Assembly: GCF_011745625.1 (NCBI RefSeq)
Contig: NW_027191464.1
Span: forward strand, 186,001 to 250,000
From: Cladosporium halotolerans
Lineage: Eukaryota
DNA length: 64,000 bases
Reading direction: 5' to 3'
Each line of letters opens with the position of its first letter. The first letter of the stretch is position 1. The notes below the pieces were generated by a model. The model was given only the letters and a program-made list of their open reading frames with translations. It made no database searches and was not told the origin of the DNA. Position numbers and translations under genes: made by a program. Below are positions 49,125 to 59,799 of the stretch, one piece after another.

Positions 49125-50342
49125 TCATTGTTGTTCCTCTTTCAAGGCCGCCGAACTCTTCTTCTTTCCAACTTTCATCCCACTCAACCTGCCCAGCTTC
49201 TTCCAAACGTTGTTGCTATCGCGGCTGGTGCGTGGACTGTTTGCTGGGGAACCAATGTCACCAACAGGTGGACTGGTGGGCGGCGTCATGGGGCTGTCGT
49301 TGACAGGGCTGGGAGTACCGGTGCTGTCGTCGGTCATCCCCGGAGCAGTACCAGATCCAGAAGCGCTCACAGTCGTGTCGGAAGTACCAGAAGTGGCGGA
49401 TGCAAAGGGCGCAATGATATTTGGAGGATTAGATTGTGCGGGAGCGGATGTTGTAGGCGAAAGACGCATGCTGAAGCGGGCTTTGTGCAGTGTTGTAGTG
49501 AGGCTTGATGGTGCTGATTTTCGGTTGAGTGTCGAGGGCGCAGCGTAAGTGTGAGCGTAAGGCTCGACCGCTGTTTGAGGTGGAGGCGAACTACGAGCGT
49601 TCCGACCATGGCGTTTGAATGTCTGAGGAGCACTGCCTCCGCGAGAATGGCTGCCACCAGAGAGGCTATCTGTGGAGACATTCACAGGCATTGAAGAGAC
49701 GGTCGGTGCTGCGCTCTGAGGGTAACAGCTGTTGATGAAGGGAACCAGAACGGACTCCTCCATGAGCTCGTAGATTTTTGAAACGGCTGGATCCAGCTTT
49801 TCAGGTGTGGGCGGTAGGTCTTCGACCTTGATGTTGAGTATAGGATCCCTGACTTCTGAAGGCAGATTGACCTCCCTCGATCCGTTTGGCTGGATATACG
49901 CATCGATCAGGCGAGTCCACAACAGCTGAACGTATTCTCTGTCCTTGGCAGGCGGGCCTTCCTCGCCCTGGGCCTTCGAGAGCATCTTCGCATAGTGTTT
50001 CTTGTAACGACCAGCATCCATGGTGAACTCGAGTGTTTCTAAACAATGATTGCTCGACAAGTATGCCATAAAAGCCGCAAGCGTCCAGGGTGGAGGGGAG
50101 GTGTTGGCGAGGATCTCCCTCAGGTTCGGTCTCCGAGGGCAATGGGGCCCATGTGCGCCAGCGGCTTTCGGTATGGCTACGCTCAAGGGCGGTGACGGCG
50201 AGTTCGACTCGTCCGCCGACATTTCGTCCGCCTCGTCGGCCGACCAGCCGTCAGTCAAGGCGGAGCAAGGGTAAATGGATGAGCAGCGGGAAGAGCTTGT
50301 CGATGATGTGGTGGATTGCGACGAGGGCTTCCGCGTGACCAT
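49125..50342 (-). CDS. Regulator of G-protein signalling, RgsA-like, 405 aa, intronless
   Basis: RGS box RPNLREILANTSPPPWTLAAFMAYLSSNHCLETLEF..YIQPNGSREVNLPSEVR..IYELMEESVLVPF; S/P-rich tail with SPMTPPTSPP and WKKL. Confidence 0.88.
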   Translation of the reverse strand: MVTRKPSSQSTTSSTSSSRCSSIYPCSALTDGWSADEADEMSADESNSPSPPLSVAIPKAAGAHGPHCPRRPNLREILANTSPPPWTLAAFMAYLSSNHCLETLEFTMDAGRYKKHYAKMLSKAQGEEGPPAKDREYVQLLWTRLIDAYIQPNGSREVNLPSEVRDPILNIKVEDLPPTPEKLDPAVSKIYELMEESVLVPFINSCYPQSAAPTVSSMPVNVSTDSLSGGSHSRGGSAPQTFKRHGRNARSSPPPQTAVEPYAHTYAAPSTLNRKSAPSSLTTTLHKARFSMRLSPTTSAPAQSNPPNIIAPFASATSGTSDTTVSASGSGTAPGMTDDSTGTPSPVNDSPMTPPTSPPVGDIGSPANSPRTSRDSNNVWKKLGRLSGMKVGKKKSSAALKEEQQ

Positions 50343-53300
50343 AACGTTCCAGAAGGTGTGTTTGCAGGCGTTGCTGGAAGCGGCCTTGCGACGTTGGAGG
50401 TTAACTCCGGCTCGCGCGGGCAGCTGTACTGAAGCCAGTTTGAGGTGAGGGAGACGGGCACGACTGCCGTCTCACTTGTACGTCCGCCTTCAAACCGGAA
50501 GTTGTTGCGCGAGTGTCGCGAAGGCGGAGGGCGATATTATCTTGTATGACGTGGAGTGGGGTGCGACCTTGCTTGCGGGCGAGGGCGGGCGTGATGTTTG
50601 CTTGTGCGGCTCAAGCCATGCAGGGTCGAGGTGGGCGTTTGGTGGGTGTCGGGCGGCTGGCAGGTGACGGTGCGCTCTCAACCGGAGGAATGCAGTCGCA
50701 CGGCGAGCTCAGGCACGGTGACTCAACGCGAAACGACGAGTATGGTGCGCGGGCTGCGGCAGAAGAAGAAGGGTGGTGGGTGCGGCAAGGAAGCGCTGTG
50801 TACGACGACGAGGATGCAGGTGGAGAGTAGGGCAGGATTTGCCGGTGCGTGCTGAGCAGGCGAGCAGGTGGGCAGGTCGGGAGCCGGGTGGGAGGGCGAA
50901 TTAAGATTATGGCCGAAGCGTCGGTGGTGGTGAGAACGGCCGAAGGCAGAGGCAGCAGAAGGGGCGGGCGAGATCTGGAGGGCCGATTGCGCCGTGTTGA
51001 CGCGTGCTGGCGGCTGCAGGGTGCGAAGGCGAGGAATGCGCTGGGCGGGACTTTGTCGGCGGGCAGGGCTGAGACAGACAGGCGGCGGCTAGGGAGACAG
51101 CAGCAGCGCGAGCCTGGTCGGTGGGATCCGCACGCAGCGAGAGGGTGCGTGTGTGAACGGGGTGTGTTTTTGGGGGCGAGACGAGACGAGGTGAGGTGGG
51201 TGGGAATGGAAGAGGAGAGGGCGCAGGCGCGAGGAGCAGGCCGAGCCGGTGGTTTGGGCAGGCGGCTTGCAGGCGCAGGCGCAGCGGCGGTGGGAGGGTG
51301 TAGGGGAGCAGGCGAGGTGAGGACGGGCGCTGGGGCGCTGGCGCTGGCGGCAATAAGGTCAGGGCGGGCGGGCGGCGGGCAGGAGCAGGGCGAAGGCGCG
51401 CGCACGCAACGAGCGACGGTGTGTTTAACTAGGGCGTAGGCAGCGCGCACGGCGACGCTCGCCAACGGCGCCTGGTCTGCGGAGTCGGCGTGCGGCGGGG
51501 CGGGCAGGGAGGCAGGCCAGAGACGCAGAGACGCAGACCGGCCGGGCAGTGGGCGAGTGGGCGAGTGTCTGGCGCCGGGCGACGCTGGGGGACGGACGTG
51601 GTGGGCGCGGTGGGCGCGGTGAGGTGTCGTCGCTGATTGACTAACGCCATCTTCTCCCGCCGTTCGAGAAGGCGCGCGGCCAATCGCACGCCGCGCGCGC
51701 CCGCCGCCGGCCGCGCCGGCACAGCGCCGTGCCCGTCTCAAACCGGCGGTGGGTCCATGGAGCGCGCTAAGAACACGCCATGCCCGCCCGCGCCCCGCCC
51801 GCCGGCGCGCAGCTGTTGGCTGACCTCAGGGCGCTCTGCTTCCAGAAGGACGCAGCAGAACGCAGCAGGCCACTCACCAGCCTGCCCGCCCATCCTGGCC
51901 TGGCCTCTCGCCTCGCATTGCCCTACCCACGCGCCTCTCTGCCCGCTCATTTCCTCTGCCACTTCGCCGCCGCCACGCCCTTTGTGTGTCGCCTCGTCCT
52001 CTGTCCGACGCTGCCGCAGCAGCCGCGCCCTGCCTGCCGACGCGCTTTGTCTCGCCGCCGCCGGCATGCCGAGCGCGGCTCGCGCCAGCAGTCCGATCGG
52101 CGATCTGTCCTCCTGCTGCGACCCCGGCGCCCTACCTACGCGGACGCGGCGGGCAATGACGCCCTGGCGGGCCCTAGTGGGAAGGCGGCGGCAGTGGAAA
52201 AGTATTGGCTCCACACCCTGCCGAACATTCTGCGCGTTGCAGGGACGCCCTGGGCTGCTGGCCTCGTGATGCGCTGCTGTGTGTCGCACGTGTATTTGCC
52301 ATCAATGCCATTATTGAGACCACCGTTTCACCGCTGGCGAGACCTTTCAGTCAGCAAGAGCTCGCAGCCGGAACGTTGAGGCTCATCTCAACCAAGGAGC
52401 ACGACTGTCAGCACCACGCCGTCAGCACGCGCCCGTCACCGCACGCGAGAAGAAGACTCCGCCGGACGAGGCTTGCTTGCTGGGTGTGATCATGATGACT
52501 CGTCCGTCAGCAGAGGCCGCCCCACTCCTACTAGAGCCGTCGGGTCCGTCTGGCCGCTAATGCAGAGAAGTTTTCCAGAATCCTTCCTGTTCGGACCGTC
52601 GATCACGAAGACCCATGCGCCCATGCTGAACTTTTGGATCGCCAGGACAAAACACCCTCCGAATCCTTCGCACCCGCCGTCGCCGCGCTCCCAAGCACGG
52701 CCGGCCCACCAAGCTTTGCTCTGCAACTTGGGAGCCCGCACCCAGCTCCGCAGCAGAGCCTCGTCTTAGTAACGACTTTCCACACACAAACGATACCATA
52801 CTTCATCAGGCAGGTGTGTCGCTTCGGCTTCCGGCCCATGTCTTACGCTCATCTCACAACATCGCTTCGTTTCATTCGGACCTATTAGTCCCCACCGCTG
52901 CTCGAAAGAAGCCCCGTCTGACTCCTCAGAAATCCGAAAGTTTCGGATTGTGGACGCGTCGCCTCGTCGTATCTTAGGCTAGTGGAGCCCGCAACTACAC
53001 TGTCCCGCCGCCGTCTCTCCGGCATCATTTTCGGGGCTTTGCTATCTCCTAAAACCCCAGACTAGATGTCATCATCGGAGCAAGCGCACACCTGAATCAC
53101 GCCTTGCGTCCGGCCCTAGCACCGGCACGTGGGGTCTGTTCTGCTCAAGAGCGTCTGCCGCAGCGCCGCTGTGTGCGCGCTTGTCTATAGCTGCTCTTCT
53201 CCCTCGCGACCACATCACTGACCACCACCGGATTGTGGAGAGCGACGCAGTGATCCTTTGTCGCCCCTGCACAGCGGTTCTTGACCATCCGCTCACGCGC

Positions 53301-55474
53301 TCGCTTGTGTTCTCCGATCGCGCCTGAGCGGCACTGCAGGAGACATGGGCCAATGCTCGCACGTTGAGGCAGTCGAGACCGACGTCCGTCGACTCGGGGC
53401 AGGAACTTCACGAGCCCGCTACACGGCTCGCTTATATCGACCTCATTCATCTTGGTCTTCGAATTGATCAAGCCCTACTCTGCGTACCAACTTCGATCAA
53501 CTTCGATCAAGCCTTCAAGAGAAACGGAATAGCCGCGCTCGTTACGCGGAACCCTTCTAATAAACTGACGTTACATGCCCTCGATGCCCTCATATATTCA
53601 TCATTCCCGTGCCGCGTCGACAAACCTTAAAGAGGTAGCAGATAGGTAGGCGCTCTCGTGCCCATGGACCCAGCGCCTACAGTAGATATCGAGTAGTCAC
53701 GTCGCGAAGTCACAGATTCCGACCTCAGATCTCGATGCGGTGATCTGCACGGCACGCTCTACACACGCAAACGCAAAAGAAGGCAACCCTAAGGGCAATA
53801 TTGTCGCGCATCGTCGCGCGTAGAGTGAGATCCGCGCTCGCGCAATCCACCCAAGTAACGTCCCTCGCGCCTGACTCTTCCGCTCGCGCGCGCGAACTGC
53901 AACGCGGCTATGTATTATACCACGGCAACCGTCGCAGTAGTCGCTTCGAGTATGCGCAACCACAACTCGGCCTCTTCGGCGTCCTCCACCCCTCACCCAC
54001 GTAGCCGCTCAGGCGAGATCCGTCCCCTCGATCTTGCGCTCCCACCTCGATCTGTTACCTCTGCCAAACCAACCGACGTCTTTCCGTCCAGCCCATATAC
54101 ACGATTATTTCCCAACCCACACACGCAGTCCACCTCCCGACCTCCCGGCCAACCCAGCCCTCCCCACGGCGCCCCGACGGCGGCCTGAGATCTAGATCCC
54201 CGCGACGGCCCTGACAAGCCGGCACTTGGGACAAGCAGAAACGCAGGACGAAAGGCAGACAGACGGATGGGGGAAAGTTTCCTGCGTCCCGCGAAGCCTG
54301 TGCCCGGCTCCTGCACGACTCGTCGGGGTCTGCTGTTGCCGGCGTCGTCGGCGGGCGCCTATTTCCTCTCGGGATAGAGTTGGCAGAGTCTACTGCTGTA
54401 CTGTTCTGTACTGTGTGTCTGAGTTCGCGGGCCTGTGATTTTTTAAGACTAGGGTAGGGGATCTAGAGTAGAGTAGTCTCCTGCCTACCATACGCCCTCT
54501 GCCCGAAGTAGGAATGTCTATGCGCGGGCGCTGGCGGAGCCTCCGCCCGCCCCTGCACTGCACGCCCCGGGACCCTCCTACATACTTGGCTGTGGGCTGG
54601 AACTTCCACGACCTGGAGCGAAGGATCGCGTTAGGCGATTGTGCGAATACGCGAGGACAAATTTTTTTTTCTTCTCGTGTGAGTGATGTGATGTTGTGGA
54701 AAGAGCTCGAACGCGCGACCGCAGTCTGCGGTTGCGGTGTCGGGCTGGCCGGTCCCAATGGTTTCCTCGTGTTGGCCCGTGATCTGATCTGATCTGGCTG
54801 GCTTGAAGCCTCTCGCTTGGACCTTTCGAAAGAGAGGCCTGCTCTGCTCGGCTGGACGCGGGCTTCAGGGTCGACGCGCCGAGCGACGACGTCCGCTCGC
54901 AACTCCGGAGTCTGGATAGTGTCATTGCTGGACGTAATTGTTCAACAGACAGATCTGATGCGATGGATCTCGGCGAGGAGCCGAGACGTCTCAACGATGG
55001 CCGTAGTGCGCGATCCGGATGATGGGAGTCAACGATCGCTTGGTCCCAATGGTTGGGGCTTCGGGCGATTTGCGAAGCTTGAGTTGATGTTGTCGGTATG
55101 GCGACGATTATTCCCGGGAGCTACTGGGCTGATGGGATGCGAGCTTCTCGGATTGGGAGGGCTTACAGGTGCGTTTTGTAGATCTTTTGTGGGAAGCTTA
55201 TTCAGCTCTCTCTGCTATGCCTTGGCAGGACTGAGTCGTGAGGTGTGAGTGATGGAGGTTGCTTCAGCATTTGTGTTCTCAATCTGAGAGCCCGCGAAGG
55301 GGTGATTGAGGGCTTTCACGAGGGGAGGGGACATTCTCGGTGGACTTGAGTGCAATCGGTTTGGAGCAACATGCGCTTCAAGGCGCTGGGAACGCGATTC
55401 GATGTTTTTACATGCTTTCGAGAAATTATGGATATCTTATAGTGCTGCCCGTTTCACCACTGGCATTTACTCAC

Positions 55475-56884
55475 TTACTGGCCAGCAAGAGCCTTCTTGA
55501 CCGCCTCGATCTGCTCCATGACGGCGCTCTTGCTCGTACCTCCCTTCGCAGAGCGCATCTCGACAGACTTCTGGTAGTCGAAGACGCCCAGCACGTCCTT
55601 CTCGAACCGCGCATCAATGCCCTGCAGCTGCTCGAACGACAGCTTGTCCATGGGCGTGTTCTCCTTCTCCGCGAGCGCGACGCACTGCCCGGAGATGTGG
55701 TGGGTCTCGCGGAAGGGCACGCCCTTGCGCACGAGGTAGTCCGCCAGGTCCGTCGCGAGCATGTCCGGCGTCAGCGAGCGCAGCATGGCGTCCGGCTGGA
55801 TCGCCAGCGTGCTCAGCACGCCCGTCGCAATCTGCGTGCTGTCGCCGACGGTTTTAACGTGGTCCAGCAGCGGCTCCACGGACTCCTGCAGGTCTTTGTT
55901 GTAGGTCGAGGGAATGCCCTTGACGCTCATCATGAGGCCGGTCATGTGGCCGAAGGCGCGGCCGGCTTTGCCGCGGATCAGCTCGAGGGAGTCGGGGTTC
56001 TTCTTCTGAGGCATCAGCGAGGAGCCGGTCGAGTATGCGTCCGCGAGCTTGACGAAGGCGAACTCGCCGGACGAATAGATGATCAGGTCCTCCGCCCAGC
56101 GGGAGAAGTGCATCATAAGGGTTGAACCCCACTGAAGGGTCTCGACGACGAAGTCACGGTCCGACACCCCGGCCATGGAGTTCATGATGAGACCGTCGAA
56201 ACCGAGCTCCTTTGCGATCGCCTCACGGTCGATGTTGAACGGGTTGCCCGCGAGCGCACCGCAGCCCAGTGGCGACTTGTTCACGCGGGCCTTGAGCTCA
56301 CGCAGCCTCTGCAGATCAGATGCGAAGAACGAGCCGTACATGAGCATCCAATGGCTCCATCGGATGGGCTGCGCGCGCTGCAGGTGGGTGTAGCCAGGCA
56401 TGACGTGCTCAATGTCCTTCTCAGCACGGGCGGCGATGACCTTCAGGAAGTCGACGAGGTAGCCCTCGAGGGTGTCCAGCTGGTCGCGCAGCCACAGGCG
56501 CATATCCGTCGCGACCTGGTCGTTCCTGCTGCGGCCCGTGTGCAGCTTGCCCGCGATGTCCTTGCCGATGATCTCGCCCAGCCGCCTCTCGTTCGCGGTG
56601 TGGATGTCCTCGTCCACGCCCGGCTGGATCTTGAAGGTGTTGTCCTGCCATTCCTGGAGGATCTGCTTGAAGCCCCGCTCGATTTCGGAGAACTCGTGCT
56701 CGGTCAGGAGCTTGTTGTTCTTGTTGGCGCGCGCGTAGGCAATGCTGCCGCGGATGTCTTGCGAGTAGAAGACGCGGTCGAAGTAGATGGACTCGTTGTA
56801 CTGGGTCATGATCGGGTCCTGGCCGCCGGTGAAGCGGCCTCCCCAGAGCTTTCCGGCTGCGGGAGCGTTCTGTTCGCTGGCCAT
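55475..56884 (-). CDS. ARG4: Argininosuccinate lyase, 469 aa, intronless
   Basis: KLWGGRF, DEDIHTANERRL, HTGRSRNDQVATD, PGYTHLQRAQP, signature STGSSLMPQKKNPD, YNKDLQE, GVPFRETH. Confidence 0.98.
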   Translation of the reverse strand: MASEQNAPAAGKLWGGRFTGGQDPIMTQYNESIYFDRVFYSQDIRGSIAYARANKNNKLLTEHEFSEIERGFKQILQEWQDNTFKIQPGVDEDIHTANERRLGEIIGKDIAGKLHTGRSRNDQVATDMRLWLRDQLDTLEGYLVDFLKVIAARAEKDIEHVMPGYTHLQRAQPIRWSHWMLMYGSFFASDLQRLRELKARVNKSPLGCGALAGNPFNIDREAIAKELGFDGLIMNSMAGVSDRDFVVETLQWGSTLMMHFSRWAEDLIIYSSGEFAFVKLADAYSTGSSLMPQKKNPDSLELIRGKAGRAFGHMTGLMMSVKGIPSTYNKDLQESVEPLLDHVKTVGDSTQIATGVLSTLAIQPDAMLRSLTPDMLATDLADYLVRKGVPFRETHHISGQCVALAEKENTPMDKLSFEQLQGIDARFEKDVLGVFDYQKSVEMRSAKGGTSKSAVMEQIEAVKKALAGQ

Positions 56885-57010
56885 GGTTGCGTCAGTTTTG
56901 TTTCAGATGGTTGCGATGATTATGACCCAGTGTCTGGAAATGTATTGAATAAAAATTGTAAGAAACAAAAATCCAATGGCTTATCAACAAAATGACATAG
57001 GGAGGGACTC

Positions 57011-57016
57011 TGACTC
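57011..57016. promoter_or_regulatory. Candidate Gcn4/CpcA (cross-pathway control) site TGACTC in the ARG4-VFA1 divergent promoter
   Basis: TGACTC 127 bp upstream of the ARG4 ATG; arginine genes are established CpcA/Gcn4 targets, but a 6-mer is common by chance. Confidence 0.5.
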
Positions 57017-57195
57017 CGATGCAGGCGGTTAGCGTCTGTTTTTCTTATCGATAAGAATTGGCCCGTCCCTGCATTTGGTAGATCATCGGGTAGCTCTCCA
57101 CATCCTGGAGATACTTTAGCGTCGGCCTCTACGTCGTGGACGACCTGACACCTGGCAATCAAAAATCGAAAGGAAAGGACTTGATCTTTGTCATC

Positions 57196-57762
57196 ATGGC
57201 ATCGCAGAAGGTGTCGCAAAATCTGTACCACCGCAGACTGGTTGCTGAAAGTAGTGGCAAGGCTTGTTGGATCTGCTACAAGCCTTCGTCGACAGTACTG
57301 ATCACACCAGAGAGTGACGACTGGTTTCATATCTGCCCGGGTCACTTGACAGATCGGAAGTTTGCCATACCAAAAGACGAGGAGGATCTGGCGAAGAAGA
57401 AGAAAGACGAGGAGCTTGAGAAGGAAATTGAAGCCGTTAAGAAGGAATACGAGGAGAAGAAGCGAAAGAAGGCAGAGAAGAACAAGGATAAGAATAAGGA
57501 CGCTGAGAAAGACAAGAAGAAAGAGGAACAGAAGAAGGAAGACGAGAAGGATGAGAAAGAGCAAGAAGAGAAGCTGAAGGAGCTTGAAAAGAAAAAGGAA
57601 CCTGCCAAAGCTGCCGTACAAGGTCCCCGGATCTTCGAACTCCAGAAGAACTTTTATCAAATGCGTTTGCAGAAGAAGCGAGACGCCGAGGTCGCCAGGA
57701 GGAATCGGGAGAGACTGAACGCTCCTGGCGCCTTTCCGAGTGTCCCCACTGGAAATCCTTGA
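57196..57762 (+). CDS. VFA1: Vps4-associated protein 1 family (DUF1742), 188 aa
   Basis: NLYHRRLVAE..KACWICYKPSSTVLITP..DWFHICPGHLTDRKF, K/E-rich coiled coil, PRIFELQKNFYQMR, FPSVP. Confidence 0.88.
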   Translation: MASQKVSQNLYHRRLVAESSGKACWICYKPSSTVLITPESDDWFHICPGHLTDRKFAIPKDEEDLAKKKKDEELEKEIEAVKKEYEEKKRKKAEKNKDKNKDAEKDKKKEEQKKEDEKDEKEQEEKLKELEKKKEPAKAAVQGPRIFELQKNFYQMRLQKKRDAEVARRNRERLNAPGAFPSVPTGNP

Positions 57763-58824
57763 ACCGGGGTGCTCGTCTCATCTCGACGTCCGATGGGCAT
57801 TCATCGTATGGCCTCACATAGTCCGTGAAGAAGGTTCCCAGACGGTATACTAGAAAGTTATCTGGCCATGAGTTGCGGTCTCCCATGCGGTTTTCTATCC
57901 ACCGGAATCTGCCAGTACAGACAAGGTACTCCAAAGGCGATCCTATGTTGGACTCTCGAATGATCCTAAGCGAGCATCCAGCTTAGGCAGACAAGATAGC
58001 TGGAGGCCAGCACTTGTATATTATGGCAGGAAAAACCGCGGGCCCGTATAGTGGAAACTGATGCTTCACGCAAGTCCAGTTTGGGTATTCTTGACACCGG
58101 AGAAGAAACCCTAGTCTCAAGCACGGGTGGATAATTCCTCTGTCCTGCGCACACTGACGCAAAGGAGGAGGACATGCAGGGAGGCTATGTCTGAGACAAA
58201 GAAGCTATCGATCGTAAGACGTGGCCCAGCTCAAACCCCTGAGTAGCCATGAAGAATTGAATGTGCTCTCTCGGACCAAAGAGTTCCGAAGTGGGTACCA
58301 CGCGGGTTAATCATTCACATTTCGTGATAGCGAACATGATGTGCGCGCGCCGGTATCATACCTGTGGCTTTGCCAAAACAGGATGTTGTATCATTTCTCT
58401 CCGGTGATTTAAGCGCTATCGCGTGTGGTACCTACACTTTGTCTCGATGTCTGACGAGATTCTATGATTAGCCCAGACGACGTTTTCCGGGGCAGTTAGC
58501 TAGTTGCATACTTCACTTGGGCATCCACTACGCCTGTGACTTCACTTCATTTGGACTTTCACTCGTGGACAATCACTCACCATTGTCAACGATCCGCGAC
58601 CGCATTCCATTCCGATCGGCACTCACTGAATGATTCACTAGCGATGTCTGCCTCCGCTCGAATTCGCAATGATCCGGTGAACCTCGACGAGCCGCTGTGA
58701 TTCACTACACGCACAAGGCAGACTTTTTTTTATAAGACGCCCGCTCTTTCCGCCTCGACGATGGCTTCTCGATCAAACAACACCAAGAACAACATCGACC
58801 ATCCAAACGAAGCTTTCGCCAACC

Positions 58825-59799
58825 ATGGAAATTCTCTCGCCCGAACTCATAGGGCTTATTTGCGCCCATCTCGTACCTGAGGATATTCGCTCCGTGCGAG
58901 CAACTTGCAAAAGCTTCCAAGAGAAGTCATCATTCGATTTCGCTCGCACTCACCTCTCAGACATGACAATCGTCGGTACAAAATCGAAGATCCACGCTCT
59001 GACTTCGCTGCTTTCATCTCCGAACATTCCCTCTGCCAAAATCCTGGCAAAGAAACTGAAGGTCTACATCCCGGACACACGTCACATTGCCCCTTTCGAC
59101 AATAATATCTCGAGTGCGGAAGACGTCCTCGACTTGTTCAAGGCGATGCCAAGTCTCGAGTACTTGTCTTTTGGAGGGTATAAGCCGATCCATCCAGATG
59201 ACATAGATGACGATTACCTGAACTACCACTACCAACACGTCCTTCACTACGAAGACGCAGAGGTGATATTTGACCAGCTCAAGAGCTGGCAAGTGGAACA
59301 CTTTTCCGTGCAAAGCCTCGCTTGCTTGGAGTCGAGCACTTCTCAGATCAAAACTTTGAAGATCGTGGAATGTTATTTGGGTGGCGTAGACCTCATAACA
59401 GCTCTCATGGCGCACGAGAGGACTCTCAGAACCCTCACATTGCATGGCGTGACTTTAGTGGGTTCTCAATCCGCTTGGTCTGATGTCTTCAGATGTCTCT
59501 TGAGGTTGCGCCTGACAAAGGTCAGGTTCTCCGAACTTGTCGGGTTCTCCAAATTTTACGACTGCTATTGCGAACAATTGATGTGGCTGGAAAAGACCCA
59601 AGACGACGCCCGCAACGGCCCATGCTGCTCAGTCGATCACAGTCGGGAGGAAAAGGATGAATCTTATCGGAACGGTCTGGCCCTTGAAGGCGTGGGCAGA
59701 TACTCCAAGTATGGTGTCAAGTTGACCCTTGGCTGGGTCAAGAAGGGCTTGGAAAAGTTTCTCGGTATCGAGGATCATACTCTCTATCCATGTGAATGA
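58825..59799 (+). CDS. F-box domain protein, 324 aa, intronless, probably lineage-specific
   Basis: N-terminal F-box pattern ILSPELIGLICAHLVPEDIRSVRATCKSF; LRR-like MPSLEYLSF, IKTLKI, TLRTLTLHGVTL; TATA-like TTTTTTATAAG ~95 bp upstream. Confidence 0.75.
   Translation: MEILSPELIGLICAHLVPEDIRSVRATCKSFQEKSSFDFARTHLSDMTIVGTKSKIHALTSLLSSPNIPSAKILAKKLKVYIPDTRHIAPFDNNISSAEDVLDLFKAMPSLEYLSFGGYKPIHPDDIDDDYLNYHYQHVLHYEDAEVIFDQLKSWQVEHFSVQSLACLESSTSQIKTLKIVECYLGGVDLITALMAHERTLRTLTLHGVTLVGSQSAWSDVFRCLLRLRLTKVRFSELVGFSKFYDCYCEQLMWLEKTQDDARNGPCCSVDHSREEKDESYRNGLALEGVGRYSKYGVKLTLGWVKKGLEKFLGIEDHTLYPCE

Noticed and set aside
27032..50342. Zn2Cys6 factor, RSP5, AKR, PTH11-MFS and RGS gene as one functional cluster
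   Set aside because: Interleaved with unrelated housekeeping genes and no shared promoter motif seen; conserved synteny would be needed to support it.
50611..52379. Several 200-376 aa Pro/Arg/Ala-rich ORFs upstream of the RGS gene
   Set aside because: GC-rich promoter and leader sequence lacking stops by composition; no codon periodicity or motifs seen.
56920..57660. Very hydrophobic Leu/Phe-rich ORF resembling a membrane protein
   Set aside because: Reverse complement of the Lys/Glu-rich VFA1 coding sequence.
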